NCBI GenBank assembly: GCA_964019425.1
Contig: OZ025783.1
Location: 248,001 to 312,000, forward strand
From: Flectonema sp. DT1601
Taxonomy: Eukaryota
Length of the DNA stretch: 64,000 nt
Direction of reading: 5' to 3'
Shown: positions 12,332-23,118 of the stretch, piece after piece
Layout: every line of letters starts with the position of its first letter
How positions within the stretch are numbered: position 1 is the stretch's first letter
Notes under the pieces: model-generated
What the model saw: the letters and a program-made list of their open reading frames with translations, nothing else
The model's database searches: none
Told to the model about the DNA's origin: nothing
Program-made: the position numbers and the translations under genes

Positions 12332-13423
12332 CTATCCAGGTATCGTATTAACAACTTCTGAAGGAGACGGTGCTTCCCAACTTTCCTTAGATGAGACGTG
12401 TTTAGGAGGCGGTACAGCATCGTCAATAGGGATTTCAACCGGACCTCCGAAAACCGACAGCTGTGAACTTGGGACACTCTCTGCTTCTGCAGTTCGCATT
12501 ACGTCACATTTTATTAACGTAGTCGGAAGGCATTCAATAACAGAATCAGAGAGCGCATGAAACGGCAGAGGAAGACTCGAGACAACCGACAGGATCGGTT
12601 GCAATAATTTTTCAGCAGCTCCATCAGGTTCGATTCCGACTAAAATGATTATTTTATTGTCGGATTCTCGAAGAGCACGGGTCATATCAGATGCTGTTTC
12701 TACTTCAATGTTATTAATTTTTTTGATTTTCATGCCGGGGGTGAGACCACTACCTGAGGCGACACTATTTTCAGACACGCTAATAATAATCATACTAGGC
12801 GACAAGTCTACACCAAGCTTCTCTTCAGGATTGTAATTTTCTATAACATACTCAGACTCAGAACTTATGGCTGTCTTCCTTTCAGGAGGAGGTCGCTCCA
12901 CGACTACCTTGAAGTCCACAATAAGACCTGCTTCACTAATTATTTCAACTGCATGACTTTCATCTCGTAATAGTTGGTTGTTTATTGTGACTACTAACAT
13001 TCCGGATTTTAGTTTAGTTTTTGTAGCGGCACCCGGATGTATTTTTTCAATGAGTAGGTCGGAGCGTAATTCTATTCCAAGCCTTTCTGTCATTGATTGT
13101 CGTGTTACTCTTATTGTCTCAAATTGAATATCGATTATTGTAAAAGTAACATCTAAACCAGACTGTTGAACTGCCTGTACAGCATCTACTTCAGTCTGGA
13201 TGGCAGTTCCGTTTATTTTTGTAACTTTCATTCCAATTTCAATTCCAAATCGTTTTCCAGAACCCTCATCTAAAACACCCGCTACAACCAAGTCTGATCC
13301 CAGTTCGACTCCCAGTCTTTCCGATGCAGATTTTCTCTTTACGATTATATCTCTCTCCCTACTATCATTGGCGTCTTGTTGTTGTGGATTGACGACTTCT
13401 GGTGTTCCATTATTCTGACCCAT
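12332..13423 (-). CDS. Protein with three tandem PDZ domains
   Basis: Three repeats of (E)RLG(V/I)EL...GM(K/L)V..IN, typical of PDZ folds, followed by a Pro/Ser-rich tail. A short upstream exon (13572-13511) is possible. Confidence 0.8.
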   Translation of the reverse strand: MGQNNGTPEVVNPQQQDANDSRERDIIVKRKSASERLGVELGSDLVVAGVLDEGSGKRFGIEIGMKVTKINGTAIQTEVDAVQAVQQSGLDVTFTIIDIQFETIRVTRQSMTERLGIELRSDLLIEKIHPGAATKTKLKSGMLVVTINNQLLRDESHAVEIISEAGLIVDFKVVVERPPPERKTAISSESEYVIENYNPEEKLGVDLSPSMIIISVSENSVASGSGLTPGMKIKKINNIEVETASDMTRALRESDNKIIILVGIEPDGAAEKLLQPILSVVSSLPLPFHALSDSVIECLPTTLIKCDVMRTAEAESVPSSQLSVFGGPVEIPIDDAVPPPKHVSSKESWEAPSPSEVVNTIPG

Positions 13424-13871
13424 CGTCGGTGTCCTAATAAAATGAATTACTGATTAATACGTCAAGAATCGATGAATTTATTTCACACAACGCAAGTGGG
13501 TTCTCAGGACCTGTTGCGAACGATATTCGTATTCTTGGTAACAAAGTCATCCTCTTTATCATTTCTGACCATAATTTCTTTTAAATCCGCCTCAACTCAA
13601 GTATCGCTAGCGAATATGATAGAAATGGAAGGATTTCAGAAAAAAAAAGAAAGAAAATAAACAAAACCGAATAATTAAATAGATGATCACTTTTTTACTC
13701 AACAAAGTTTGCATTGTACGCAACCAATGTAAGATCCTAATAAAGGAAAACAGGTTGGTTACGCTGCCACAATTATTTTTCTACCAAAACAATAGGTTGG
13801 TACAAAAAAAAAGTAGGCCTATCTATCTTAACAATTCTTAAAACAAATATTCCCAGTAGCCGGCAACCACT

Positions 13872-14230
13872 GAAGGCTCAAGCAATCTTGTCAAATGAGA
13901 TTAAAACATCAAGAGGCATTCAATACTTCACCAACGTTAAAGTGTACAATACCAGTTAGTATTAGTCTATAAATATTATCAAAAAAGAAATGTGTTTTGG
14001 GTTCGGGTAAATCCGCAATAGACCCCCAGAGACTACGCGAGAAGGCTCAGCAATCCTGTCGGGTGATCCTAAATGAGATAAACCCGAAAAAGTATTCTAA
14101 TATCTCCTCAAGGTATCCTATACTTCACTAACGTTAAAGTACAGAATACCAGACAGTATTAGTCTGTAATAGAAGCAGTTATCACAAAGAAATGTGCTTT
14201 AGGTTCGGGTAACCCGCCATAGACCTAGAG
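13872..14230. repeat. Degenerate tandem duplication (~160-190 bp x2), part of a dispersed repeat family
   Basis: GAAGGCTCA..CAATC.TGTC, ATACTTCAC.AACGTTAAAGT, ATACCAG..AGTATTAGTCT and AAAGAAATGTG.TTT.GGTTCGGGTAA each occur twice (13872-14030 and 14041-14230). Confidence 0.8.
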
Positions 14231-15174
14231 CCAGCCTACGCAGGTTGAAAAACAAAAAAAAGAAAAAAATGATGGGGAGCGGAGGGATTTAGAATGGTTA
14301 AAAAAAAAAATAAAAAAAAAGAAATCCTTTTCTATAATTCCATTTATTATAAAACCTTCGTTTATGAAATAATCACACGCGTTAAGTGCCTCTATCACCA
14401 AAAGAAATTTTTTTAAAAAATAAAAAAAAATCCACTTTGGACATGACTACGACATTACTTGCCCTAGGCATTAATATCACAAGCTTCTTACACAAACACC
14501 ACTATAATTTAGGCAACGCGAATAACTATTCCAATATGTGAGGAAATGGATCAAAGGAAACATCGAGTGAGTCAGTTTTAGGTCGCAACCACTCTTGTCT
14601 CACACACCGAAGAGAAAGAGAGAAAAAAAAAAAAAAAAAAAAAAAACGAAACTCAGATTTGAGCTTCAACTATTATTACTATCAAATTATTTATTTATTT
14701 TAGAAATCCTAACACTGGTGCATCACGGTAAGCTTACGGGGTATCAGTCATTTGATACCACACAACCGTAAAGACTCCCTCAGGCGTGAAGGGACGTTGT
14801 GACCATCAGTATTCGTGTTAAGACGTCTTGACATAAGAGCAAGTGTTAAGGATGGTTGATAACACTTATTTTCGCCAAGATAGGAGGCGCAAATGTCATA
14901 AATACCTTGGACAAATAATACAATAATAGTAGTGAAGCTGGAATGTAACATTTGTCAAAAAACAAACACATCTTCCAAAGCAAAAACGAAACAAAAACAA
15001 AAACAAAAATAACAAAACATAAATGGCTCTCGTTGAATAAACAACAGCGGCATTTTAAAAATACTAAAAAATAAAAGAAATCATAGCATTAAGTGAAAAG
15101 AAACAACTGGTAAGACATTTCGAAGTCTCCAGTGTGCCTTTAAAAAAAAAAAAAAAAAAACCGAATTCGACCTC

Positions 15175-18100
15175 TCAAATATCGAAGTGTTGGTTTTGTT
15201 CACTCTCAATCTCTGTGAGAAGTTCGGGTGTTATTCCATCAAAGTTTGCGAATTCAACTTGTTCTCCATTAGAATCAGAACCAATGGGGAGTAATGGCTC
15301 CCAATTATTCGTTCCATCATTTGAACTCATCATATCAGAAAAATTAGAAAAAGCTGTCTTCTTATCAAACACTTCTGAATTATCACTCTGCTGAGCTTCC
15401 GGACGTAGCGCCATCAAAATATCAAAAGTAAATTTGACAGCAGCGAGTAGGGCAGAAAAATTAAGAAAAATATCAGCAACTGAGAATAGTCTTTGTGAAA
15501 GCATAGCAATACCAACAGCTTGAGAAACTTGGTTAAAGAAACTGATGTTATTCAGAAACTGACACAAGAGAGGCCATTTCCAGAGAAACAGACCAGCAAT
15601 GGCACAAAGGATTCCTACAACAATCCAATTTCGAATATTGCACACCCCGATATCACTTATTGGTATAGTAGTTATAAGAGTAAGAACAACTGTTAATAAC
15701 AAGTCAAGAAGAGCAAAGTATGTCGAATTTTCTTTGAAACAATCGTAAACTGCTCCATACTTTTCTACGAAAGGTCTTTTGGTAGTGTTGACCCACCTGA
15801 ACTGTCCTCCCCAAAAGAATCGTGCTGTTTTGCTACACTTTGCTTTGACTAACTTAGCATCAAAAGATTTCTCTCTCAGTACTCGGTAGTATACAAAAAG
15901 AGGAACTCCAATTGAAAAAGCAACACCAAAAATTCCGATTGCGAACTCCCAGAAAGCTGCTTCGCCTGCGAAGTACGCAGAACACACTCTGAAACCACCC
16001 ATAACGAATCCGGGAGATAAAAACGAATACGGCATTATTAATATTCCGGGAAAGTGCAGTGTGTACTTACTTTTGCTTGGAGAAACCTTATCCCACATTT
16101 CGATCAAAAGGGCGAACAATCTTAAAACTGCAGAAAATCCAATCAGGGTCACTAAGTTTCCTACAATAGCACCAACGAAGTTAGCCCACCGACCGCTCCC
16201 GAGAGAAAATCTTGCTGGGTGGAGTTGCCATGGTAGGTCATCAGGTTTCGCTACCTCATGTTCACAACCGAGTCTACTTAAAACAGCGAGACGACCAACC
16301 ATGAATCCTGTACCTCGAAGATCATCAAGAGGAACACAGTAAGTTCTTCCAGGTATCGATGCGTTTTGAGGTGCGGTTGTACTGGTTCCTTCAGGGCAAG
16401 GATAACATCGTTTATTCATAACATATTTACCTATTTCGCATATCGTGACGGTGCATCTTACTCCGTAGGCTGCGAACTCCCCTTCGGAGTCGCAGTGGAG
16501 CGGACCTAAAGTAGAATTAGCAACGTTGTCACCCTTGTTCCTTTGAATTTCGTAACCGGCTTGGCATTTTATGTCGCAATAGTCTCCAGTTCTTCTGTTC
16601 CTGCAATCGGAATAGTCAGCTGTTCGATCCCTCGACAGTTCGCTTGCCCCAGTGCAGAGCTTACCAACACATACAGAGGTTGCAAAGTATTGATTTTTTT
16701 CGTTGCATGCCATACGAAATTTTCCAACCCTCGCATGGTAAAGCCCACAATCTAACTCACACGTCAAATCAGTGCTTTTTGGATTACAAGTCTGTGCTAA
16801 GGCTTGTTGAGTAACATCACTAAGCATCTCCGGATTAGATGGTCCACCGCTGCAATTTCTAGGAACACAATTCATTGAATGTGGCACTAGGAACGTATTG
16901 TTTCCGTTACAATTTAATAAAAAGTTTTTATGAGAAATATCATAACCCTCATCACAGACTGGAGAGCACAAATCGTTTGTCTTATTAGATAAGCAGTCAT
17001 CGTATGAAATAACTGACGTCCCATCACTAGCTCTGAACGGTCCTGGGTTTCTTCCTTCAGGCCAAGATGGTCCATTAGAACAACTGCGAGGGACACAATC
17101 AATGTCTGAAGCGTTGTATGTATTTGACTCCGAGCACACTAAATTGAAATCAGAATCAGTTGAATCTTCACTTGAATTCATACTAACAACACTTGTTGGA
17201 ATCAACTCATAACCAATAAAACAGTTTGGTTGACATCTCTCATCAGTATGCTTTGCATTGCACTCTTCGTAAGTACCAAATGCAGTTTCAGTGTCAGGGA
17301 TTGGTCCTGCAGAACAATTATTTACTGTGCATTGATCATCAAGTGCCTGATACTCACCACTATCTGAGCATACAAGAGTAAAGTTTAATATCCTTGAAGT
17401 GTATCCCGTTCTACAGTCTGGTTTACAAAGGTTACCAGTTTCCTTACCATCGCATAAATTATAGCTAGCAACAGGTTGATTATTGTAAGGGTCGTACAGA
17501 CCTGGAAAAGTACTACCAGTGTGCCATGTAGGAGAAAGACAACTGTTTGGTAAGCACTCTACGTCAGTTGCGTCAAAGTTACCAACAGAATCACATGATA
17601 AAAATAATTGAGGTGATGAAGGAGTGTATCCCTCATCACAAACAATTGAACAATAGAGCCCGCTATGCATTCCAGTACAAGCGATATAGCTAGCATTCGA
17701 TTGGGGAACTAGTGGTCCTTTGTCACACTTGTTTGGAACACAGGAAACACCTGAGGCGTTGAAATAACCGTTTTCAGAACATATCAGAACATCAACTGTC
17801 CCGTTTACAGTCCAGCCGGGAACACATTCTGGTTGGCAAGATTCTGATGTGTGAGATCCAACACAAGAATCATATATAACGTAATTGACTATAATATTAG
17901 GTTGACTACAAGTATTAGCATTACAAGTAGCATTAGCTGTGTACCCAATAGAGGTACTTGGTGCACGGCATTCTAGTGTAAAGCCGCTTGCTGGTTCCAA
18001 CACATAACCTTCATCGCAAGTGGCAATACACGTGTCTCCACTTTTCATGTGATCGCAGTGGTCGGTGTGGGTATTTGGTTGTTTGGAGTCGATACCGTTA

Positions 18101-19440
18101 CTGCAATCGTTTGGAAGGCATTTCAAGGTAACATCATCCCAATCACCGTCTACACAATGAAGGTTAATACCTGGGAATGACATGTGATAGTAGTCTCTGA
18201 TACTTAACTCACAAACAGGTTCACACCTGTCTTCAGTTGATTTAAGTTTACATACATCATAATCTACTCGAGGTTGTGGTGTCGTCGGTTGTGGATCGCA
18301 CTTGTCTGGAACACATGTAACACTCGGCTGAAAGAAATTTCCAGCCGACAAAATTGGATGACACAGAAGCTCAAAACCAGTATCAACGGATGGATGATAT
18401 CCTGCAGCACATGTTATATAACAAGTATCTCCAGTTCTTAAATATTCACAACTTCTGTAGTTTGCGTGGGGATCTACAACTCCCCAGGGACCGTCACGAC
18501 ACCAATGGTTTAAACATTTTCCAGAATATGCAGACCACGATGCTGCTAAACAAGTTACCTCAAACTCACCACTACTTGGAGATGCGTAGAAGCCATCGTC
18601 ACAAGTAAATTCACACATGTCACCAGAAGAGAGACCTACGCAATTAACGTACGATCCGTTAGGTGACGCTGAGATTGGCTTACCGATGCAAGGCAGAGGC
18701 TCACAAAATAAAGTACCTCCAGCAGAAGCATTATAGTGCCCTTTGACTGTGCTACAGTCCAGTGTAATATTTCCTGGAGTTGTATTATTCACTATACGGT
18801 AACCAGTATTACAGGTTGGTGTACATGTACCTCCATGTGTGTTACTATTACAACTGTAGTAGTTACCATTCTCATCGGAAGTTCCTGCGATTGGACCAAA
18901 AGTACATCCAAGCAAGCAACTACCATCCCAATAGTTTAGCCATGGTGAGTTAGGTAATTCTTTCCACGTGTATGTTCCTTTTGTAGGGTCTCTACATTCG
19001 CAACGGTCGTCGCCACTTCGGTCTGACCCAGTTGGACAACTTGTTCTCGGTTTACAACATTCAGCGTGAGTACAAGCATAATTATCACAATACTCAGATA
19101 TGATTGACTCGGTACCAGTACATACTCTAGAGTCTACACACTTTTGTATGCAACACATGGAATCAGAGCATTCAGATTGAATTGATGTACATCGATCAAA
19201 AAAGCCACGACTCCTGTAATTACTTGGACAGCTATAAAGAGAACAGTAACCTGCAATAGTACAACAATCTGCGCTGGTACAATTCCCACCACAGTCAATA
19301 TCATCTAGCTCGTCCCTTGGGTATTCGAAATTGCTACTGCCACCACCGCATAGTGTTGCTCCTAATGCAGCAGAACAATTATCACCCAACGCTGTATGAT
19401 GTGTTAGTAGTATCACCAGCAGTAATAATAATAATTTCAT
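15175..19440 (-). CDS. Large surface protein: signal peptide, ~12 six-Cys CCP/sushi-like modules, ~7-TM C-terminal domain
   Basis: Signal MKLLLLLLVILLTHHTALG. Repeated C..GP....Y..C....T.D.C.P.C..GY....L.C...G.F....C.PN modules of ~65 aa. About seven hydrophobic segments after LHPARFSLG...GAIVGN. Confidence 0.85.
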   Translation of the reverse strand: MKLLLLLLVILLTHHTALGDNCSAALGATLCGGGSSNFEYPRDELDDIDCGGNCTSADCCTIAGYCSLYSCPSNYRSRGFFDRCTSIQSECSDSMCCIQKCVDSRVCTGTESIISEYCDNYACTHAECCKPRTSCPTGSDRSGDDRCECRDPTKGTYTWKELPNSPWLNYWDGSCLLGCTFGPIAGTSDENGNYYSCNSNTHGGTCTPTCNTGYRIVNNTTPGNITLDCSTVKGHYNASAGGTLFCEPLPCIGKPISASPNGSYVNCVGLSSGDMCEFTCDDGFYASPSSGEFEVTCLAASWSAYSGKCLNHWCRDGPWGVVDPHANYRSCEYLRTGDTCYITCAAGYHPSVDTGFELLCHPILSAGNFFQPSVTCVPDKCDPQPTTPQPRVDYDVCKLKSTEDRCEPVCELSIRDYYHMSFPGINLHCVDGDWDDVTLKCLPNDCSNGIDSKQPNTHTDHCDHMKSGDTCIATCDEGYVLEPASGFTLECRAPSTSIGYTANATCNANTCSQPNIIVNYVIYDSCVGSHTSESCQPECVPGWTVNGTVDVLICSENGYFNASGVSCVPNKCDKGPLVPQSNASYIACTGMHSGLYCSIVCDEGYTPSSPQLFLSCDSVGNFDATDVECLPNSCLSPTWHTGSTFPGLYDPYNNQPVASYNLCDGKETGNLCKPDCRTGYTSRILNFTLVCSDSGEYQALDDQCTVNNCSAGPIPDTETAFGTYEECNAKHTDERCQPNCFIGYELIPTSVVSMNSSEDSTDSDFNLVCSESNTYNASDIDCVPRSCSNGPSWPEGRNPGPFRASDGTSVISYDDCLSNKTNDLCSPVCDEGYDISHKNFLLNCNGNNTFLVPHSMNCVPRNCSGGPSNPEMLSDVTQQALAQTCNPKSTDLTCELDCGLYHARVGKFRMACNEKNQYFATSVCVGKLCTGASELSRDRTADYSDCRNRRTGDYCDIKCQAGYEIQRNKGDNVANSTLGPLHCDSEGEFAAYGVRCTVTICEIGKYVMNKRCYPCPEGTSTTAPQNASIPGRTYCVPLDDLRGTGFMVGRLAVLSRLGCEHEVAKPDDLPWQLHPARFSLGSGRWANFVGAIVGNLVTLIGFSAVLRLFALLIEMWDKVSPSKSKYTLHFPGILIMPYSFLSPGFVMGGFRVCSAYFAGEAAFWEFAIGIFGVAFSIGVPLFVYYRVLREKSFDAKLVKAKCSKTARFFWGGQFRWVNTTKRPFVEKYGAVYDCFKENSTYFALLDLLLTVVLTLITTIPISDIGVCNIRNWIVVGILCAIAGLFLWKWPLLCQFLNNISFFNQVSQAVGIAMLSQRLFSVADIFLNFSALLAAVKFTFDILMALRPEAQQSDNSEVFDKKTAFSNFSDMMSSNDGTNNWEPLLPIGSDSNGEQVEFANFDGITPELLTEIESEQNQHFDI

Positions 19441-19893
19441 CTAATATGAATCCTGAATGGGAGGGTAAATTAATAATTCTCTTGGGGTTCTACAACCTGA
19501 ATGAAAAACCAAAAGAACTGCCTTATCATCGGCAGCTTAGTACACGATTGCAAAATGAAACACCACTGCTGGATGGCATACGAAAAGAGTTGAGCACCTC
19601 TTGCATATGGTACCGTAACAGTCATTTATAACTCATGTGTATACACATGATAAAATAAAACTTGTCTGAAGGGGGTGTTAATTAACTACTTTATTATGTG
19701 GTAGTATGGAAAACTACAGTCGGAAGCCCTCTTACTTGTTAAGGATATCCTTTCTGTTTAATACCAAAAAAAGAAATGCTCTTTCACTATTTTCTTTCCA
19801 GCTTTATACTTGTTTTTTCATTCTTTTTTTTCCCCCGTTTTTTTGCCACTTAACGTTTTTTTTTTTTTTTTTTTTGATAAACAATCAGGTCAC

Positions 19894-20763
19894 CTAGTAC
19901 TCATAAACACCCTTACCAGACTTTCTACCCAACCAACCAGCGTCCACGTATTGAACGAGAAGAGGACAAGGGCGGTACTTTGAGTCACCAAGACCGTTGT
20001 TTAAAACTTTCATAATTGCTAAGCAAGTATCTAAACCAATAAAGTCAGCTAGTGTAAGAGGACCCATAGGTTGGTTGGTACCCAATTTCATTGCTGTATC
20101 AATGTCCTTTGCTTCACCTACTCCTTCCATCAAAGCGTAAAAGGCCTCGTTAATCATTGGCATTAAGATTCTGTTGGCTATGAATCCAGGACGGTCTTGG
20201 GAAACTGCAACTGTCTTACCCATAACGTCGCAAAGTTCGGTACAGGTTTTGAATGTTTCTTCAGATGTAGCCATTCCGTTAATCACCTCAATAAGTTTCA
20301 TGAGTGGTGGTGGGTTCATAAAGTGCATTCCAATTACCTGATCTGGGCGCTTTGTAGCAGCAGCAATACGAGTGATCGAAATCGATGACGTGTTTGACGC
20401 AAGCATGCAGTGTTCGGGTGTTATCGCATCAAGCTCTGTAAAAATTGTGTTCTTTAGAGCCTCTGACTCTGGTGCTGCTTCAATCGCAACATCAACTCCT
20501 CCGAATTCCTTAAGTCCGATTTTGTATTCAATTTTTCCGGCGATCTCGGCAGCCTTAGCGTCATCAAAAACACCCTTCTTAACAAACCTTGATAGGGATT
20601 TTTCAACTGTCGCCTTACCTACGTCAAGTCCCTTTTGATTTACATCACTCAAAATTACGTTATATCCAGCTGATGCCGCCACCTGAGCGATCCCATTCCC
20701 CATCTGGCCAGCACCAATAACACCGATGCTCTTTACAGCTGCAGAGGTGATAATTTTCGACAT
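19894..20763 (-). CDS. hbd: 3-hydroxybutyryl-CoA / 3-hydroxyacyl-CoA dehydrogenase
   Basis: GVIGAGQMGNGIAQV Rossmann motif, ASNTSSISIT, GMHFMNPPP, GFIANRIL, PMGPLTLADFIGLD, GWLGRKSGKG. Likely start MSKIITS at 20763. Confidence 0.95.
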   Translation of the reverse strand: MSKIITSAAVKSIGVIGAGQMGNGIAQVAASAGYNVILSDVNQKGLDVGKATVEKSLSRFVKKGVFDDAKAAEIAGKIEYKIGLKEFGGVDVAIEAAPESEALKNTIFTELDAITPEHCMLASNTSSISITRIAAATKRPDQVIGMHFMNPPPLMKLIEVINGMATSEETFKTCTELCDVMGKTVAVSQDRPGFIANRILMPMINEAFYALMEGVGEAKDIDTAMKLGTNQPMGPLTLADFIGLDTCLAIMKVLNNGLGDSKYRPCPLLVQYVDAGWLGRKSGKGVYEY

Positions 20764-21143
20764 TTTGTCTGAATTTATAACTTGAATTTCTAAGGAAATA
20801 AATACGTGAATAGGTATTCCACAATACAGTCTAACTTGGCTTGAGTTTTTTTTTTTTTTAATCCTCACCTCGGTCATCGAAACCTCCGGAATCTAAAAAT
20901 GAAAGAATTGACAAATTAATTAAAAATAACTAAAATCCAAAGAAAGGTAAAGAAACAAATCAGATAATACAGTTTTTTTTTGTTTTTTTTTTTTGAATAC
21001 AAGTGAAGCGAATAAACCAAAACCAAACTACCCAACAGATACTAACATGTCCTTCAATCATTATATTTATGAAGAGACGGAGAAGTCAGGAAAAAAGAAG
21101 AAAAAATAAGTAATTGGTCGGTATCCTTTGAGTGCGCATCAAA

Positions 21144-22148
21144 CTATAATCGTCTTCTCCAGCTGTCTAATTTTGATAACGTTGGAGTCCTGTTTGTTAA
21201 TAGCCTAGCAGTAGATGATGATCTTGATGACACAAATGAGAATGATATTCTTCTCCGATTGGGAGTGTTTGTTGTATTTATATTGTTAACAACTTCCTTA
21301 GTTGTCACTCGAGAAGGTGATGGAACTCGACGAGGAGTGCTGAATGACATTTTCCGAGTTACAGACGTAGATCTCGTGAGAGAAGCCAATTCTGTAAGTC
21401 TCACAGTTATAGCAAAGTATGACTCACCATTATACAAATTAATCCATTCTTTAAAGAAGTGATAACTCTGCAGCTCCCTATCAGACAACGATTGAAACTC
21501 TCGTTCCCTATCAGTTGTCATATTTTTACTATTTTGACTAAAAGAACATGAGTGTTTTGTTTCATTCACACCGACCCTTAAACACATCAAGTTTATATCA
21601 ATTTTTACATCCAACTTATTAAAGATAACATCGATAGCCTTCTGTGATAAACTCCTCACTGTGGTAGTTTCAGATACAGGAATAACATGTGTTGATTCCA
21701 TGGTGTGCTGATCTCCATAAATTACTGTTACAAATCCTTTTCTGATAGGAGGAGATTCTTGATCATCAGATTCAATAGAAAGGACACTTTGAATTGTGTT
21801 GTTCAGGTTGAGTTGTGGTTCAAACTGTTCTTTACATCGACAAGGTTCAGATTGCCGTAACGAGTCATTTTCTAATTCTAATTTTTTTACAGATTCCTTT
21901 AAACTATCAATTTCTTCTTGCATACTATCCATCAGCTGCTTAACATTCCCAGCACTCTCACGTAACTCTATGTTTATGTCATTGGTGATACACCTTTCTG
22001 TTTCATCAGCAACTTGCATTGTCGCCTTTGCTTCATCAAAATCTCTTTTGACAATGTTTTTCTGGTTGTCACTGCGTTCTTTTATCCGGCTTAAGAGATC
22101 CCAAAGTCCGTCATCGTTTGTCTCACAACTGATGGTACTTTGCGACAT
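21144..22148 (-). CDS. Hypothetical protein: coiled coil, small globular domain, S/R/T-rich tail
   Basis: Long ORF in cluster orientation. Heptad-like LMDSMQEEIDSLKESVKKLELENDSLR. Likely start MSQSTISC at 22148. Confidence 0.7.
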   Translation of the reverse strand: MSQSTISCETNDDGLWDLLSRIKERSDNQKNIVKRDFDEAKATMQVADETERCITNDINIELRESAGNVKQLMDSMQEEIDSLKESVKKLELENDSLRQSEPCRCKEQFEPQLNLNNTIQSVLSIESDDQESPPIRKGFVTVIYGDQHTMESTHVIPVSETTTVRSLSQKAIDVIFNKLDVKIDINLMCLRVGVNETKHSCSFSQNSKNMTTDREREFQSLSDRELQSYHFFKEWINLYNGESYFAITVRLTELASLTRSTSVTRKMSFSTPRRVPSPSRVTTKEVVNNINTTNTPNRRRISFSFVSSRSSSTARLLTNRTPTLSKLDSWRRRL

Positions 22149-22341
22149 GTCGACACGCTGAACCTGTGTAGTAATTATAAATAAATAATACTTTGCGAAG
22201 TGATATCGTTGTAAAGTATTCGTTGAAACTGAAAAATCTGACACAACTATTGTTTGTTTAGTACAACAAAAGAAAATTCTAATAAATGCAGCATAGAAGT
22301 ATACTGTACATAGCGCTACTACAGCAGCAATAAAGAAGAAC

Positions 22342-22989
22342 TTATTGACCTTCAGTTCTTAAGTAAACAGGAAGATCAGCTGAGCTGTATGGAGCAAAAC
22401 GATTACCAGCAAGATTTCTATTAGCCAGCCATCTCTTTGCACGTCGTTCTTCTAAAGAAGAAGTGTAAATCTGCTTTTCGAGGTTCGTTAATTTTGTTTT
22501 TGTCTCTTCAGCATCGTGACCAGTAAGTTCAGATGATTGCATTATCTCACCAATTCGAGAAGTGAAGACGTTTAGAGTTTCTTCTTTTAACTTTGCCTGA
22601 GCTTCATCAGGTAACGTGTTAGCAAGTTGATAAGCCTGCTCGTAGTAGTGTGATGTTGTTTCACGACGGAGGTTAACCGCGTCGGGATGTGATGCTAATT
22701 TCTCTAAGAAAGGTTTGTCGAAGTATTTTGGAAATGAGACTGAACACTTCTTCCCTAATAAGAGTGGCTTTGCAAGCCACAGTGGCACACTCACCATCGA
22801 TTCTTTTTCTAAGTCAGCGTCAACCCCATTCGCTCCATCTTCCTCTTCATCGCTGTCTAATTCATTTCCCATTTCTTCACAGCCAACAATTTTCATCCAT
22901 CCCATCTTATAAAGCCTTATAGCAGTCTGGATTGTGATGTGTTCTTCTTCTGCGAGAATGGTGTCAACGTCAGTGTAGTCTCCGTTCAT
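22342..22989 (-). CDS. PSF3: GINS complex subunit Psf3
   Basis: DYTDVDTILAEEEHI N-terminus, VPLWLAKPL, PKYF, VNLR...HYY, F.SRI..IM, LTNLEKQIY; 215 aa. Confidence 0.85.
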   Translation of the reverse strand: MNGDYTDVDTILAEEEHITIQTAIRLYKMGWMKIVGCEEMGNELDSDEEEDGANGVDADLEKESMVSVPLWLAKPLLLGKKCSVSFPKYFDKPFLEKLASHPDAVNLRRETTSHYYEQAYQLANTLPDEAQAKLKEETLNVFTSRIGEIMQSSELTGHDAEETKTKLTNLEKQIYTSSLEERRAKRWLANRNLAGNRFAPYSSADLPVYLRTEGQ

Positions 22990-23118
22990 ATTTGTAGTTT
23001 TGCTTTCAGCCTTTTATGAAATAAATAAAATTACTTAAATAGCGTAATCTGATTATCATTTTTTTTTTTTTTTTTTTTTTTTAAAACTTTAAAAGACAGT
23101 ACAGGTTGCCACTCTAAT

